The notes: generated from the letters alone by a model not told the origin. 26,394 bases of DNA from Chromobacterium sinusclupearum (GCF_002902845.1 NZ_PPTF01000065.1:1-26394), one strand, 5' to 3'. Counted from the first letter of the stretch, positions 6,514 to 15,023 are shown. Numbers and translations: made by a program.

Positions 6514-6840
6514 TTACGCCCCCTTGACCGGAGCCGCAGCAGCTTGCGCGGGTTGAGCGGTTACAGGGCGCAGAGAATGGATAACCGTCTTGGAGACCTT
6601 ACCATTCGTGACCATTTCCATTTCGCATTCGGCCATGAACGGAAATTTCAGGTTGGAAATCTGGCTGAAATTCTCAGACGTGCCCCATTCAAATTCGGAG
6701 GCAGCAAAGCCGATGGCATTGCCGGTTTTGTCGTTGAGCTTAACCTCAGCGAACAGCTTGGTATTGTCGTAACGCGTGCCGTCCACAACATCATTGAAAC
6801 GCTTGGCACCCATGATTTTCATAACATTGGTAAATTGCAT
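6514..6840 (-). CDS. Putative ssDNA-binding protein (gV-like), assigned by position
   Basis: 108 aa, immediately downstream of Rep as in inoviruses. GGAG SD. Ala/Gln-rich tail. No sequence motif confirmed. Confidence 0.5.
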   Translation of the reverse strand: MQFTNVMKIMGAKRFNDVVDGTRYDNTKLFAEVKLNDKTGNAIGFAASEFEWGTSENFSQISNLKFPFMAECEMEMVTNGKVSKTVIHSLRPVTAQPAQAAAAPVKGA

Positions 6841-6869
6841 TTTTCAGTCTCCAAACGGCGTTTAAACCC

Positions 6870-8345
6870 TTAAATCCCCGACACGCCCAAATCGAAGAGG
6901 GTTGTTTTGTTTGCGCGGCAGAATGCCTTCCAGCCTTCTTTTGTCGTCGGCAGTTCGACTTCCGGCTCCACATGCTTAGGGCGCACAAATTCGTCAAAGT
7001 CGTAATCGACATGAGCGTAATCGTGGACAAAGGAGCGATTGCCGAGATCTGCGGAAATATTGGCGAGCTTCAAGCGCTGGGGAAAACCTACGCCCGGGCG
7101 GGCCAAGGTTTCGACAATGGTCGATTCGGACCATTTAGCAACATCGCGCATGTAGTTGACGAGGCGGCCAACTTGCAGGGCGGCATAATGCAAATAGTGA
7201 TCTAGCGCGTGTTCCGCTTCTTTGATGATGGTGGTAATCCGCTCAGGCGCTTTCTTACCCCGGAACCGCTCAAACGCGGGATATGCACCGGCGAGATAGG
7301 CGCCAGCATTAAGCAAAATGTCCAAAGGAATGATGCGGTCAATGTTCTTGAACTCGACTTCGACGCGAAACCATTCGCTCGTTTTACAGCCCTGTTCCCT
7401 GCCCTTCTCATAGCCACGGCAGAATTTGCCATTGCTACGCTTGCCGATATACAGCGTGCGGCCCGAGCCGTCCGGGTTATCCCAATCGGAGCGCTTTTCC
7501 ACGAACGGGTTGCGGCCACCGCAATTGAACAAACCGGCTTGGACATCGGAATACATCAGATCGACGTTATATTCCCCGGCAAAGTCGTCATAGGCGACGT
7601 CAACGCGGGTCAGACGCGGATTGACGGCATCGCGGTCAAGAAAGTCGTACAGGCGTTTTTCCCAGCCAGACCGAGCAGCCATGCAGCCAACGGCAGTCAG
7701 CTGGATACACATCGTGTTTCGCTGACCACCAAACGATAGATTGCCGTAGCAAACATCCTCTTGGCCCAACACCCATGTATCGCGGTAAAAGTTCATGCCC
7801 TTCGGACGCTTGGAGCAAACGCCGAAGCCAAAAATCTGCTCTAATTTCCACGACATCGTGGCGATGAAATCGTCATCGGATACCATTCTGTGACCGGCTA
7901 TGACATGGCAGGTGTCTTCATGGACGGAGAACGTCAGCTGGTCAACGTGGGCAAGATCATCGCCCCAGCCTTGAGCGCGAACGGTAACGATTTTTACCTG
8001 CCCATCGTCAAGAACCAGCTCAACGGGGCACAGGTAATCCGGTGGAGTTTCAAAAGCGGTCGCGCCGGTACGTTGGCACTTTCCCCCCGTGTTACTAGTG
8101 GGGGGAAGCACCCCCGAAGTGGTGGCCGCTGGCGCGTCCACAACTTCGGTGGCGCTTCTGCCAGCACTCGGCAGCGGCAGGTCCGCCACAGTAGGCAGCG
8201 TCAGCCAGTAACGAATATCCCGGATTGCGCGGACAGATTGAGCCGGCTGAGCGGGCTTGGAAGGGTCAAAGACGGCCCGATAACGCGGCTCGCCGCCGGT
8301 CTCTTTCCGCAGGTTTACAGCTTCCATCGGGCGTCTTTTAGACAT
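6870..8345 (-). CDS. Rolling-circle replication initiation protein (Rep_trans / phage gII-like family)
   Basis: Family-typical blocks are LTRVDVAYDDF, LYIGKRSNGKFCRGYEKG and WFRVEVEFKN. ATG 8345 has an AGGA SD. The ORF-track start at 8372 has none. Confidence 0.85.
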   Translation of the reverse strand: MSKRRPMEAVNLRKETGGEPRYRAVFDPSKPAQPAQSVRAIRDIRYWLTLPTVADLPLPSAGRSATEVVDAPAATTSGVLPPTSNTGGKCQRTGATAFETPPDYLCPVELVLDDGQVKIVTVRAQGWGDDLAHVDQLTFSVHEDTCHVIAGHRMVSDDDFIATMSWKLEQIFGFGVCSKRPKGMNFYRDTWVLGQEDVCYGNLSFGGQRNTMCIQLTAVGCMAARSGWEKRLYDFLDRDAVNPRLTRVDVAYDDFAGEYNVDLMYSDVQAGLFNCGGRNPFVEKRSDWDNPDGSGRTLYIGKRSNGKFCRGYEKGREQGCKTSEWFRVEVEFKNIDRIIPLDILLNAGAYLAGAYPAFERFRGKKAPERITTIIKEAEHALDHYLHYAALQVGRLVNYMRDVAKWSESTIVETLARPGVGFPQRLKLANISADLGNRSFVHDYAHVDYDFDEFVRPKHVEPEVELPTTKEGWKAFCRANKTTLFDLGVSGI

Positions 8346-8372
8346 TGTTGCAAGTCCTAGAATCGTTAACAT

Positions 8373-8469
8373 TCTGCGAGACCGGAACTAATCGCGGTCG
8401 CTATAATCAATCAAGACTTTGAACTAACTAAAAGCCTTGAACTAACGATCCAAAGACTAGCTCAAGGGC
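8373..8469. promoter_or_regulatory. Divergent rep/repressor control region with direct repeats
   Basis: TTGAACTAAC occurs twice (8419-8428 and 8437-8446), 18 bp apart. TATAAT lies at 8402-8407 on the plus strand. (A)AGACT is repeated at 8414-8418 and 8454-8458. Confidence 0.5.
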
Positions 8470-8493
8470 ATGAATGACTCAAGGGATTTAGCT

Positions 8494-8880
8494 ATGAAAA
8501 AATCGGTGGAATACCTGCGGGAAGCCAAAGAAGCACTTGGCTGCGAATCGGACTACCAACTTGCAAAGGCGCTGAAGACAAGCACAGTCAACATCTCAAA
8601 CTACATGAATGGGATCAGCAAAATGGACGACTACCATTGCATCAAAGTCGCCCAGGTGCTGGGCATCGATCCCATGGAAATCATTGCTGCTGCTCAAGAA
8701 GAGCGGGAAAAGTCGGAAGAGAAAAAGGAGTTCTGGCGGGATTTTCGGAAGGCGCGAGGCAACATCCTCGGGGCAGCAATCGCGCTGGCGCTGGGCCTGA
8801 CGACGGCCCTATCCCCGAGCCATACTGAGGCAAAGTCCTATGGCCCTCTATATTATGTCAAATACAGTATGTCGTATTAG
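8494..8880 (+). CDS. XRE/cI-type HTH repressor with a C-terminal hydrophobic segment
   Basis: HTH is DYQLAKALKTSTVNISNYMNG. C-terminal TM-like stretch is ILGAAIALALGLTTAL. Divergent from Rep. ATG 8494 has an AAGGGA SD 7 nt upstream. The ORF-track start is 8470. Confidence 0.75.
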   Translation: MKKSVEYLREAKEALGCESDYQLAKALKTSTVNISNYMNGISKMDDYHCIKVAQVLGIDPMEIIAAAQEEREKSEEKKEFWRDFRKARGNILGAAIALALGLTTALSPSHTEAKSYGPLYYVKYSMSY

Positions 8881-8955
8881 GAATGCAATGCAGATCGCTA
8901 TGACATCAACTACGTCGCTGAAATACGACACTTAGGCCGCATTCAGCGCATCCCA

Positions 8956-9381
8956 TTGTACAACCGCAGCCTCATGAAACGCAGCAAACCTATTTCTACA
9001 TTTCCATGCAACCCGGACGAACTCTACCGGGCTGTTTGTTTTGGTGACATCAATGAAGTGGCCGATGAGCTAGCCGTTACAACGGAACAAATCCACCGGT
9101 GGCGAACCGGGCAAGAACCTGTTCCCAAGGCTGTTTCCCTATGGCTCAAGCATCGCAACTGCACCACGCTAGGCGCTCAGTTTGGTCCGTTCAAAGGGTT
9201 TCGCCTATGCGATCGCGGCGACGCCCTGGTATGTCCAGCCAGCGGCATGAGGATCAACTTCTCTGAAATCCCGCTGCTGGATGAGTATCGGCGCGCTAAT
9301 AAATTAGCCGAGAGACAGGCTGAACTGATCGAAAAGCTAATGACGGATAGGAATTTCTACAGGGACAATTGCCACCTGTAA
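8956..9381 (+). CDS. Small phage regulator-like protein, paralogue B (homologous to 55..549), ended by TAA before a conserved tail
   Basis: Aligns with 55..549 (see that feature). 8956 is a TTG; ATG 8974 is an alternative start. Homology to paralogue A continues in frame after the TAA at 9379-9381. Confidence 0.6.
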   Translation: MYNRSLMKRSKPISTFPCNPDELYRAVCFGDINEVADELAVTTEQIHRWRTGQEPVPKAVSLWLKHRNCTTLGAQFGPFKGFRLCDRGDALVCPASGMRINFSEIPLLDEYRRANKLAERQAELIEKLMTDRNFYRDNCHL

Positions 9382-9421
9382 GCCCGCTACGGACTGATGT
9401 TCAACATATTCAGGTGACAAT

Positions 9422-9799
9422 ATGAACAAATGGATAGCTATCGCAAGCGCCCTAGCATCAATAAGCGCACACGGAGCCGTGATCGAATGCAAGATCGACA
9501 ACACGGAATCAACGATATTCACCAGCGCACAATTCTGCCCGGCTGGCACCACATACAAACGCATGATGCTGAACGTTGACGACCCCAGCATCGCTGCCAT
9601 CAAGGCGCAAAGCGAAAATCGCCAACCTATGCAAGCGGCGGCGCCACGCTACACATGCGATCAGCTACGCGCTCAGCGTGACTACCTATACCAAGTGTTA
9701 GATCCTCACAGCATTTATCATGACAGAGAACCGCAGCCGCTAACCAAACTGCACAACGTCAAGGCCCAGATGAACGAGCAGAACTGCAAGATGATGTAA
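9422..9799 (+). CDS. Secreted Cys-containing hypothetical protein (prophage cargo)
   Basis: Signal peptide MNKWIAIASALASISAHG. Four Cys in the mature part. SD is AGGTGA. No family recognised. Confidence 0.6.
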   Translation: MNKWIAIASALASISAHGAVIECKIDNTESTIFTSAQFCPAGTTYKRMMLNVDDPSIAAIKAQSENRQPMQAAAPRYTCDQLRAQRDYLYQVLDPHSIYHDREPQPLTKLHNVKAQMNEQNCKMM

Positions 9800-9864
9800 T
9801 GCCACACTGGCAGTCGGCCACACAGCCCAAACTCGCAACGCGTCTAAGCCAAGATTGGCACGCG

Positions 9865-10755
9865 CTACTTCCAGAACGCCCCTGCCTGACGCAGCCTCCG
9901 CAAAGCCTTCTGTACCTCGGAGGCCGCCGGCGGATCCTGTTGCATCAGCACGTTGCACAGCTGATTTGCTTCGCCGCGCAAGGCTGGCGCATCCTGGGCG
10001 CATTGCTCAAGCAGGCTCTGCGCCGCCGCCCTGTCGTTGATGGTTCCCAGCAGTTGCTGCACCTCCTGCAAGGGTTTCAAGTATTGCTTGACCGACTTGC
10101 GCCGGTACAAGGCAGAGAAGAATTCGACCGAATAGCGCAGCTTCTTCGCCCGCTTGCGCAAATCGTGACGTTGCTCCGCATCCAGCGTGTGCCAGCGTCG
10201 GGCTAGACGGCGCACCGTTTTCCAACTGCGCCGCAGAGACTTCCTAGCAAAACCAGGTTGTTTCTCTTGCTCATCAGTCCCCGGAGGCTGATTCAACAAA
10301 CCAAGCAGCGCGCCGCACCAGGCCATATGATCGGGCGAGGACAAACTGGCGCGCACGGCGGAACGGGCCTGCTCTCGACGCTGCCGCAATGCCCGGCGCA
10401 GGGCGCTCAGTCTCAGGCAGCGGGCGCTGGCCTGCTCCGCCTCAGGCAGTATCTGCAGCAGCAATACGTCCAAGTCTCGAAGCCGCCCCAGCGCGGCGGC
10501 CAGCCGTTGCGCCTGGGCCATCACCGGCTCCCAGTCGGCGCCGCTCGTCAGCGGCGCGAAGGCCTTGCCGGCCGCGCGCAGCCGGCGCAAGGCGACTCTT
10601 GCCTGATGCACGTATTCCGGATCGTCGCAGGACAGGATGCCTGGCACATTGGACGACAGATGGCGCAGACTCTCCAGCATGACGCTGCGCAGCGCCTGCC
10701 TGGGCGTCATGCTGGCGCGCAGCGCGGGTTGGCGGGCTGTCGATGGCGTGGGCAT
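9865..10755 (-). CDS. CHAD domain-containing protein
   Basis: Repeated helical His/Arg motifs are typical of CHAD: VHQARVALRRLRAA and RHDLRKRAKKLRYSVEFF. Confidence 0.85.
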   Translation of the reverse strand: MPTPSTARQPALRASMTPRQALRSVMLESLRHLSSNVPGILSCDDPEYVHQARVALRRLRAAGKAFAPLTSGADWEPVMAQAQRLAAALGRLRDLDVLLLQILPEAEQASARCLRLSALRRALRQRREQARSAVRASLSSPDHMAWCGALLGLLNQPPGTDEQEKQPGFARKSLRRSWKTVRRLARRWHTLDAEQRHDLRKRAKKLRYSVEFFSALYRRKSVKQYLKPLQEVQQLLGTINDRAAAQSLLEQCAQDAPALRGEANQLCNVLMQQDPPAASEVQKALRRLRQAGAFWK

Positions 10756-10818
10756 CTGGGCCTCCTTTTCATGTGTGACGGCCGCAGGAGATATTCCAAG
10801 ACTAGAGAATGCCTTATG

Positions 10819-10854
10819 CCATGAGCCTGGCGGCGCAAACCGGCAGGCTCATGG
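10819..10854 (-). terminator. Perfect 11-bp stem-loop downstream of cysN (possible terminator or REP-like element)
   Basis: CCATGAGCCTG (10819-10829) and CAGGCTCATGG (10844-10854) are exact reverse complements. No clear U-tract follows. Confidence 0.3.
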
Positions 10855-10882
10855 GGGCAGCCATCATCGCGCAGCGGCCGCT

Positions 10883-12322
10883 CTAGTCGTCAGCGGACCC
10901 CAACAGCTTGCGCGCCAGTTCCGAGCGACTTAGCCCCGGAAGATGCTTTTGCAGCAGCACGTCCAGTTCCTGCTCAAACAATTGCCACTGGGACAGCTCG
11001 GCCAGCGCAGAATCATCATTGTGCGAGCGGATCATGCCGGCGGCTACCGTGCCGTTGTTCAAGCGGTCGATCACGATCAGGCTGCCGCTGCCGCGGCATT
11101 CGCGGTAGGAATCGAATACGGCGGAGCTGTTCAGCGCGATGCGGCACAGGCCAATCTCGTTCAAGGCCAGCGTATCGGCCGGATTGTTCTGCAGAGTATT
11201 GACGTCGGTGCGATGCAGGACGGACTCGATGCGGCCCGTGACGTATTTTCCTGCCAGCTTGAAACCATACTCCTTGCCCGGCCGCAGCGGCGCTTCGCTC
11301 ATTGCCACCAGATGAGCGTCGAAACTGCGCGATACATGGGGCATTTGTTCGTCGGCCCGTACCAGCATGTCGCCGCGCGAGACGTCGATTTCATCCTCCA
11401 GCGTCAGCGTCACCGCCTGGCCGGCCGAGGCGCGCGCCAACTTGCCATCATAGGTGACGATATCCTTGACCCGGCTTTGCTTGCCGGATGGCAGCGCCAC
11501 GATCAGGTCGCCAGGATGGATGGCGCCACTGGCAATGGTGCCGCAGAAACCGCGAAAATCCAGATTGGGCCGGTTGACATACTGCACCGGCAGGCGAAAC
11601 GCATCCAGGCCGGCGTCATGGTTGATCTGGATGTTTTCCAATAGATGCATCAGCGTGGCGCCTTGGTACCACGGCGCGGCCTCGGTGCGGCTGACCACGT
11701 TGTCGCCGCGCAAAGCGGAGATCGGCACGAAATGGATGTCGGGAATATCCAGATGCTCGGCAAAGGTCAGGTATTCGTCGCGGATGCGGTTGAATACTTC
11801 CTCGCTGTAGTCCACCAGGTCCATCTTGTTGACGGCGACGATGACATGGCGGATGCCCAGCAGGCTGACGATATAGCTGTGGCGGCGGGTTTGCGTCTGC
11901 ACGCCGCGCCGCGCGTCGATCAGGATGATGGCCAGATTGCTGGTGGACGCGCCGGTGGCCATATTGCGGGTGTACTGCTCGTGCCCGGGGCAATCGGCAA
12001 TGATGAACTTACGCTTGTCGGTGCTGAAATAACGATAGGCGACATCGATGGTGATGCCCTGCTCCCGCTCCGCCTGCAAGCCGTCTACCAGCAGCGCCAG
12101 ATCGATTTCCTGATCGGTGGTGTTGTACTTTTTCGAGTCGCGCTCGATCGCCGCCAGCTGGTCTTCGAAAATCAGCTTGGAGTCGTGCAGCAGGCGGCCG
12201 ATCAGCGTGGACTTGCCGTCATCCACGCTGCCGCAGGTGATGAAGCGCAGCAAGTCCTTGTTCTCATGCTGCTTCAGGTATTCCAGGATATCCCCGGCGA
12301 TCAGTTCGGATTGGTGAGACAT
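10883..12322 (-). CDS. cysN: Sulfate adenylyltransferase subunit 1 (GTPase)
   Basis: G1 motif is [15 protein letters not shown]. The protein is EF-Tu-like with DCPGHEQY and NKMD. ATGA overlap with cysD. No APS-kinase domain. Confidence 0.95.
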   Translation of the reverse strand: MSHQSELIAGDILEYLKQHENKDLLRFITCGSVDDGKSTLIGRLLHDSKLIFEDQLAAIERDSKKYNTTDQEIDLALLVDGLQAEREQGITIDVAYRYFSTDKRKFIIADCPGHEQYTRNMATGASTSNLAIILIDARRGVQTQTRRHSYIVSLLGIRHVIVAVNKMDLVDYSEEVFNRIRDEYLTFAEHLDIPDIHFVPISALRGDNVVSRTEAAPWYQGATLMHLLENIQINHDAGLDAFRLPVQYVNRPNLDFRGFCGTIASGAIHPGDLIVALPSGKQSRVKDIVTYDGKLARASAGQAVTLTLEDEIDVSRGDMLVRADEQMPHVSRSFDAHLVAMSEAPLRPGKEYGFKLAGKYVTGRIESVLHRTDVNTLQNNPADTLALNEIGLCRIALNSSAVFDSYRECRGSGSLIVIDRLNNGTVAAGMIRSHNDDSALAELSQWQLFEQELDVLLQKHLPGLSRSELARKLLGSADD

Positions 12323-13248
12323 CAGAAATACCCTTCCATTTTCTTCTTTTCCATCGAGCCCGCGCTGTCGTGGTCGATCAACCTGCCCTGCCGCTCCGAG
12401 GTCTTGGTCAGCAGCATTTCCTGAATGATTTCCGGCAGCGTGGCGGCGTCAGACTCCACGGCGCCGGTCAGCGGATAACAGCCCAGCGTGCGGAAGCGCA
12501 CTTTGCGCGTTTCGATGCGGGCTTTCTCCTCCGGCGTCAGGTACTGCAGGATGCGCTCATCGTCGATCATGATCAGCATGCCGTCGCGCTCCACCACCGG
12601 GCGTTCGGCGGCAAAATACAGCGGCACGATCTCGATGTTTTCCAGATAAATGTATTGCCAGATGTCCAGCTCGGTCCAGTTGGACAACGGGAATACGCGT
12701 ATGCTCTCGCCCTTGTCTATTTTGCCGTTGTAGAGGTTCCACAGCTCCGGCCGCTGGTTTTTCGGGTCCCAACGGTGGTTCTTGTCGCGGAAGGAATAGA
12801 CGCGCTCCTTGGCGCGGCTCTTTTCCTCGTCGCGGCGCGCGCCGCCGAATGCGGCATCAAACTTGTATTTGTTCAAGGCCTGCTTCAGTCCCTCGGTCTT
12901 CATCACATCGGTATGCTTGGCGCTGCCGGCGGTGAACGGGTTGATGCCGGCGTCGACGCCATCCTGATTGATATGGACCATCAAGTCCCAGCCGTTCTCC
13001 TTGGCTTGCTTGTCGCGCAGCGCGATCATGTCGCGGAACTTCCAGGTGGTATCGACATGCATCAGCGGAAACGGCGGCGTACCGGGATAGAACGCCTTCT
13101 TCGCCAGGTGCAGCATCACCGCGGAGTCTTTGCCGATGGAGTAGAGCATCACCGGGTTTTCGAACTCCGCCGCCACCTCGCGGATGATGTGGATGGACTC
13201 CGCCTCCAATTGTTGCAGGTGAGTCAGTCTTGCTTGATCGATATCCAT
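12322..13248 (-). CDS. cysD: Sulfate adenylyltransferase subunit 2
   Basis: [29 protein letters not shown] closely matches the E. coli CysD N-terminus. The ORF-track start at 13278 is a TTG upstream. Confidence 0.95.
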   Translation of the reverse strand: MDIDQARLTHLQQLEAESIHIIREVAAEFENPVMLYSIGKDSAVMLHLAKKAFYPGTPPFPLMHVDTTWKFRDMIALRDKQAKENGWDLMVHINQDGVDAGINPFTAGSAKHTDVMKTEGLKQALNKYKFDAAFGGARRDEEKSRAKERVYSFRDKNHRWDPKNQRPELWNLYNGKIDKGESIRVFPLSNWTELDIWQYIYLENIEIVPLYFAAERPVVERDGMLIMIDDERILQYLTPEEKARIETRKVRFRTLGCYPLTGAVESDAATLPEIIQEMLLTKTSERQGRLIDHDSAGSMEKKKMEGYF

Positions 13249-13425
13249 GCTTGCAGCCCGTTCTATGGTTGCAGCCAATCTACCGGAAAGGTTCCAGCGC
13301 GTTCAAAACCAATTGGATATATCAATATAAACTTAGTAAATCTTAAAAATTGAAATGTGGGAATAAGGGAATCTACGGTGCAGCCCGTATCCATAACCGT
13401 TAACATTTGCGTTAAGCCAAAAATT

Positions 13426-13452
13426 TAAAGTTGCTCTGAATGCGGACGATAA
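13426..13452 (+). promoter_or_regulatory. Sigma-28 (FliA) class promoter for fliD
   Basis: TAAAGTTG, an 11-nt spacer, then GACGATAA, compared with the consensus TAAAGTTT-N11-GCCGATAA. It lies about 144 nt upstream of the fliD ATG. Confidence 0.65.
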
Positions 13453-13595
13453 TGGCTTGAAGAGATTGTGTGTCATCCTCCGCATGAGCGGACAAGAACA
13501 ACGCCGTTCGTGATGACAACTTGGCGAGATTAGCCACCCCAATTCGCAATATTTCCGCCGGATGGCAGCGCCGGCGAGAAACGGGAGAAGTCTTC

Positions 13596-14987
13596 ATGTC
13601 ATCCTCATCCATCAGCGCCAGCGCCGGTCCGCTGGACGTCCAAAGCATTGTCAGCCAGCTGGTTCAAGCCGACTCTCAGCCTTTGACCCAAAGCCAGCAA
13701 AGGCAATCGACCTACCAGTCCGAGATCAGCACGCTGGGCCAGGTCAGTTCCGCGCTGTCCGCCTTGCAAACCGCCGCGTCTACGCTGGCTTCCGGAACCT
13801 TCCTGCAGCAGTTCAGCGCCACTTCGTCGGACTCCACGGTGGCTGCCGCCTCCAGCACATCCGGCGGCACCGCCGGCACCTATGTGCTGAATGTGACGCA
13901 AATGGCGCAAGCGCGGCAGCTGGTTTTTGACAAAAACCCGGATGGCAGCGCCATCACCGACCAAAACGCCGCGATCGCTGGCGCGCCGTCTTCGCTGACC
14001 TTCAATGTCGGCGGCACCAGCAGCACGGTGAGTCTGAGCAGCGGCGGCAGCGCGGTCTCGCTGTCGTCCATCGCCAGCAGCATCAACGGCGCCGGCATCG
14101 GCGTGTCCGCCTCCATCGTGCAATACAACAATAATTATTCGCTGGTGCTGAACTCCACGCAGGCCGGCACCAGCAACGCTTTCTCCATCACGGCAGGCGG
14201 GAGCGACAGCAACAGCACATCAGGCAACACCCTGGCCGGCCTGCAGCAAAGCGCCACCGCAGCCGGCGAGTCTGCCAATGCCGCCAACGCCTTGATGACA
14301 GTCAATGGCGTCAATGTTTCCTCGGGCAGCAACACCGTGAGCAATGTGATCAACGGCGTCAATCTCACGCTGGAAAAAGTGGGGCAAACCACGATCAACA
14401 TGAGCCAGAACACGGCAAACATCACGTCAACGCTGCAAAGTTTCGTCAGCGCATACAATCAAGTGGTGGGGGCGATCAACTCCGCTACCACCAGTTCAAA
14501 AACCGTAGGCAGCACGCCGCAAAATACCGACATCAGCAGCGATCTGACCAATTTGCAACAGCAATTGACCGATATCCTGGGCACGCCAGTAAAAGGAGTA
14601 GATCCAATCAGCTCCTATGCCTATTTGGCGCAAGTGGGCATCACCCAGAATGTCGACGGCACGCTGGCCTTGAACTCCACAACATTCAATGCCGCGCTGA
14701 CCGCCAACCCCTCTGCCGTAAACAACCTGTTCGGCAATGCGCAAAACACCGGGGTCGGCAATGTATTCAACAGCACAATCAACAACTTGCTGGGTCCGAC
14801 TGGCACGATCACCATCAGCCAGAACAATCTGAATAGCCAGGTGACGACTGAGCAGCAATTGCAGCAACGCTTGCAGGACCAACTTAATTCCGAACAAAGC
14901 AGCTTGTTGACCGAGTACTCCAACCTCAACAGCGAGTTGGCATCGATGGAGCAGTCTTCCACCAGCATGGCCAATCTGATTGCCTGA
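13596..14987 (+). CDS. fliD: Flagellar filament capping protein (hook-associated protein 2)
   Basis: N-terminal GPLDVQSIVSQLVQADSQPL...YQSEISTLGQV. C-terminal heptad region. Ser/Thr/Asn-rich centre. ATG 13596 has a GGGAGAAG SD. Confidence 0.9.
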   Translation: MSSSSISASAGPLDVQSIVSQLVQADSQPLTQSQQRQSTYQSEISTLGQVSSALSALQTAASTLASGTFLQQFSATSSDSTVAAASSTSGGTAGTYVLNVTQMAQARQLVFDKNPDGSAITDQNAAIAGAPSSLTFNVGGTSSTVSLSSGGSAVSLSSIASSINGAGIGVSASIVQYNNNYSLVLNSTQAGTSNAFSITAGGSDSNSTSGNTLAGLQQSATAAGESANAANALMTVNGVNVSSGSNTVSNVINGVNLTLEKVGQTTINMSQNTANITSTLQSFVSAYNQVVGAINSATTSSKTVGSTPQNTDISSDLTNLQQQLTDILGTPVKGVDPISSYAYLAQVGITQNVDGTLALNSTTFNAALTANPSAVNNLFGNAQNTGVGNVFNSTINNLLGPTGTITISQNNLNSQVTTEQQLQQRLQDQLNSEQSSLLTEYSNLNSELASMEQSSTSMANLIA

Positions 14988-15023
14988 TTGCGCAACCTAA
15001 ACATTCGCCCCACAGGCGAAACC

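Larger units (their letters stand above)
1..9864. mobile_element. Filamentous (inovirus-like) prophage or tandem prophage remnant; left boundary lies outside the window and right boundary is somewhere in 9800-9864
   Basis: Canonical inovirus gene order on the minus strand (Rep, ssb-like, coat, pIII-like, pVI-like, Zot/pI). Overlapping ATGA start/stop junctions. Visibly lower G+C than the DNA after 9865. Divergent repressor. No integrase or secretin seen. Confidence 0.8.

Noticed and set aside
8088-8112. A C6 ... G6 inverted repeat (CCCCCCgtgttactagtGGGGGG) inside the Rep gene, considered as a phase-variable tract or nick-site hairpin.
   Set aside because: The homopolymers are short and in coding sequence, the 6-bp stem is weak, and nothing supports slippage. 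It is probably incidental.
9865-10755. The CHAD protein as part of the prophage or as a phage-linked system.
   Set aside because: Its composition switches to the GC-rich chromosomal type. The gene is intact, oriented away from the phage, and belongs with the core-like neighbourhood.
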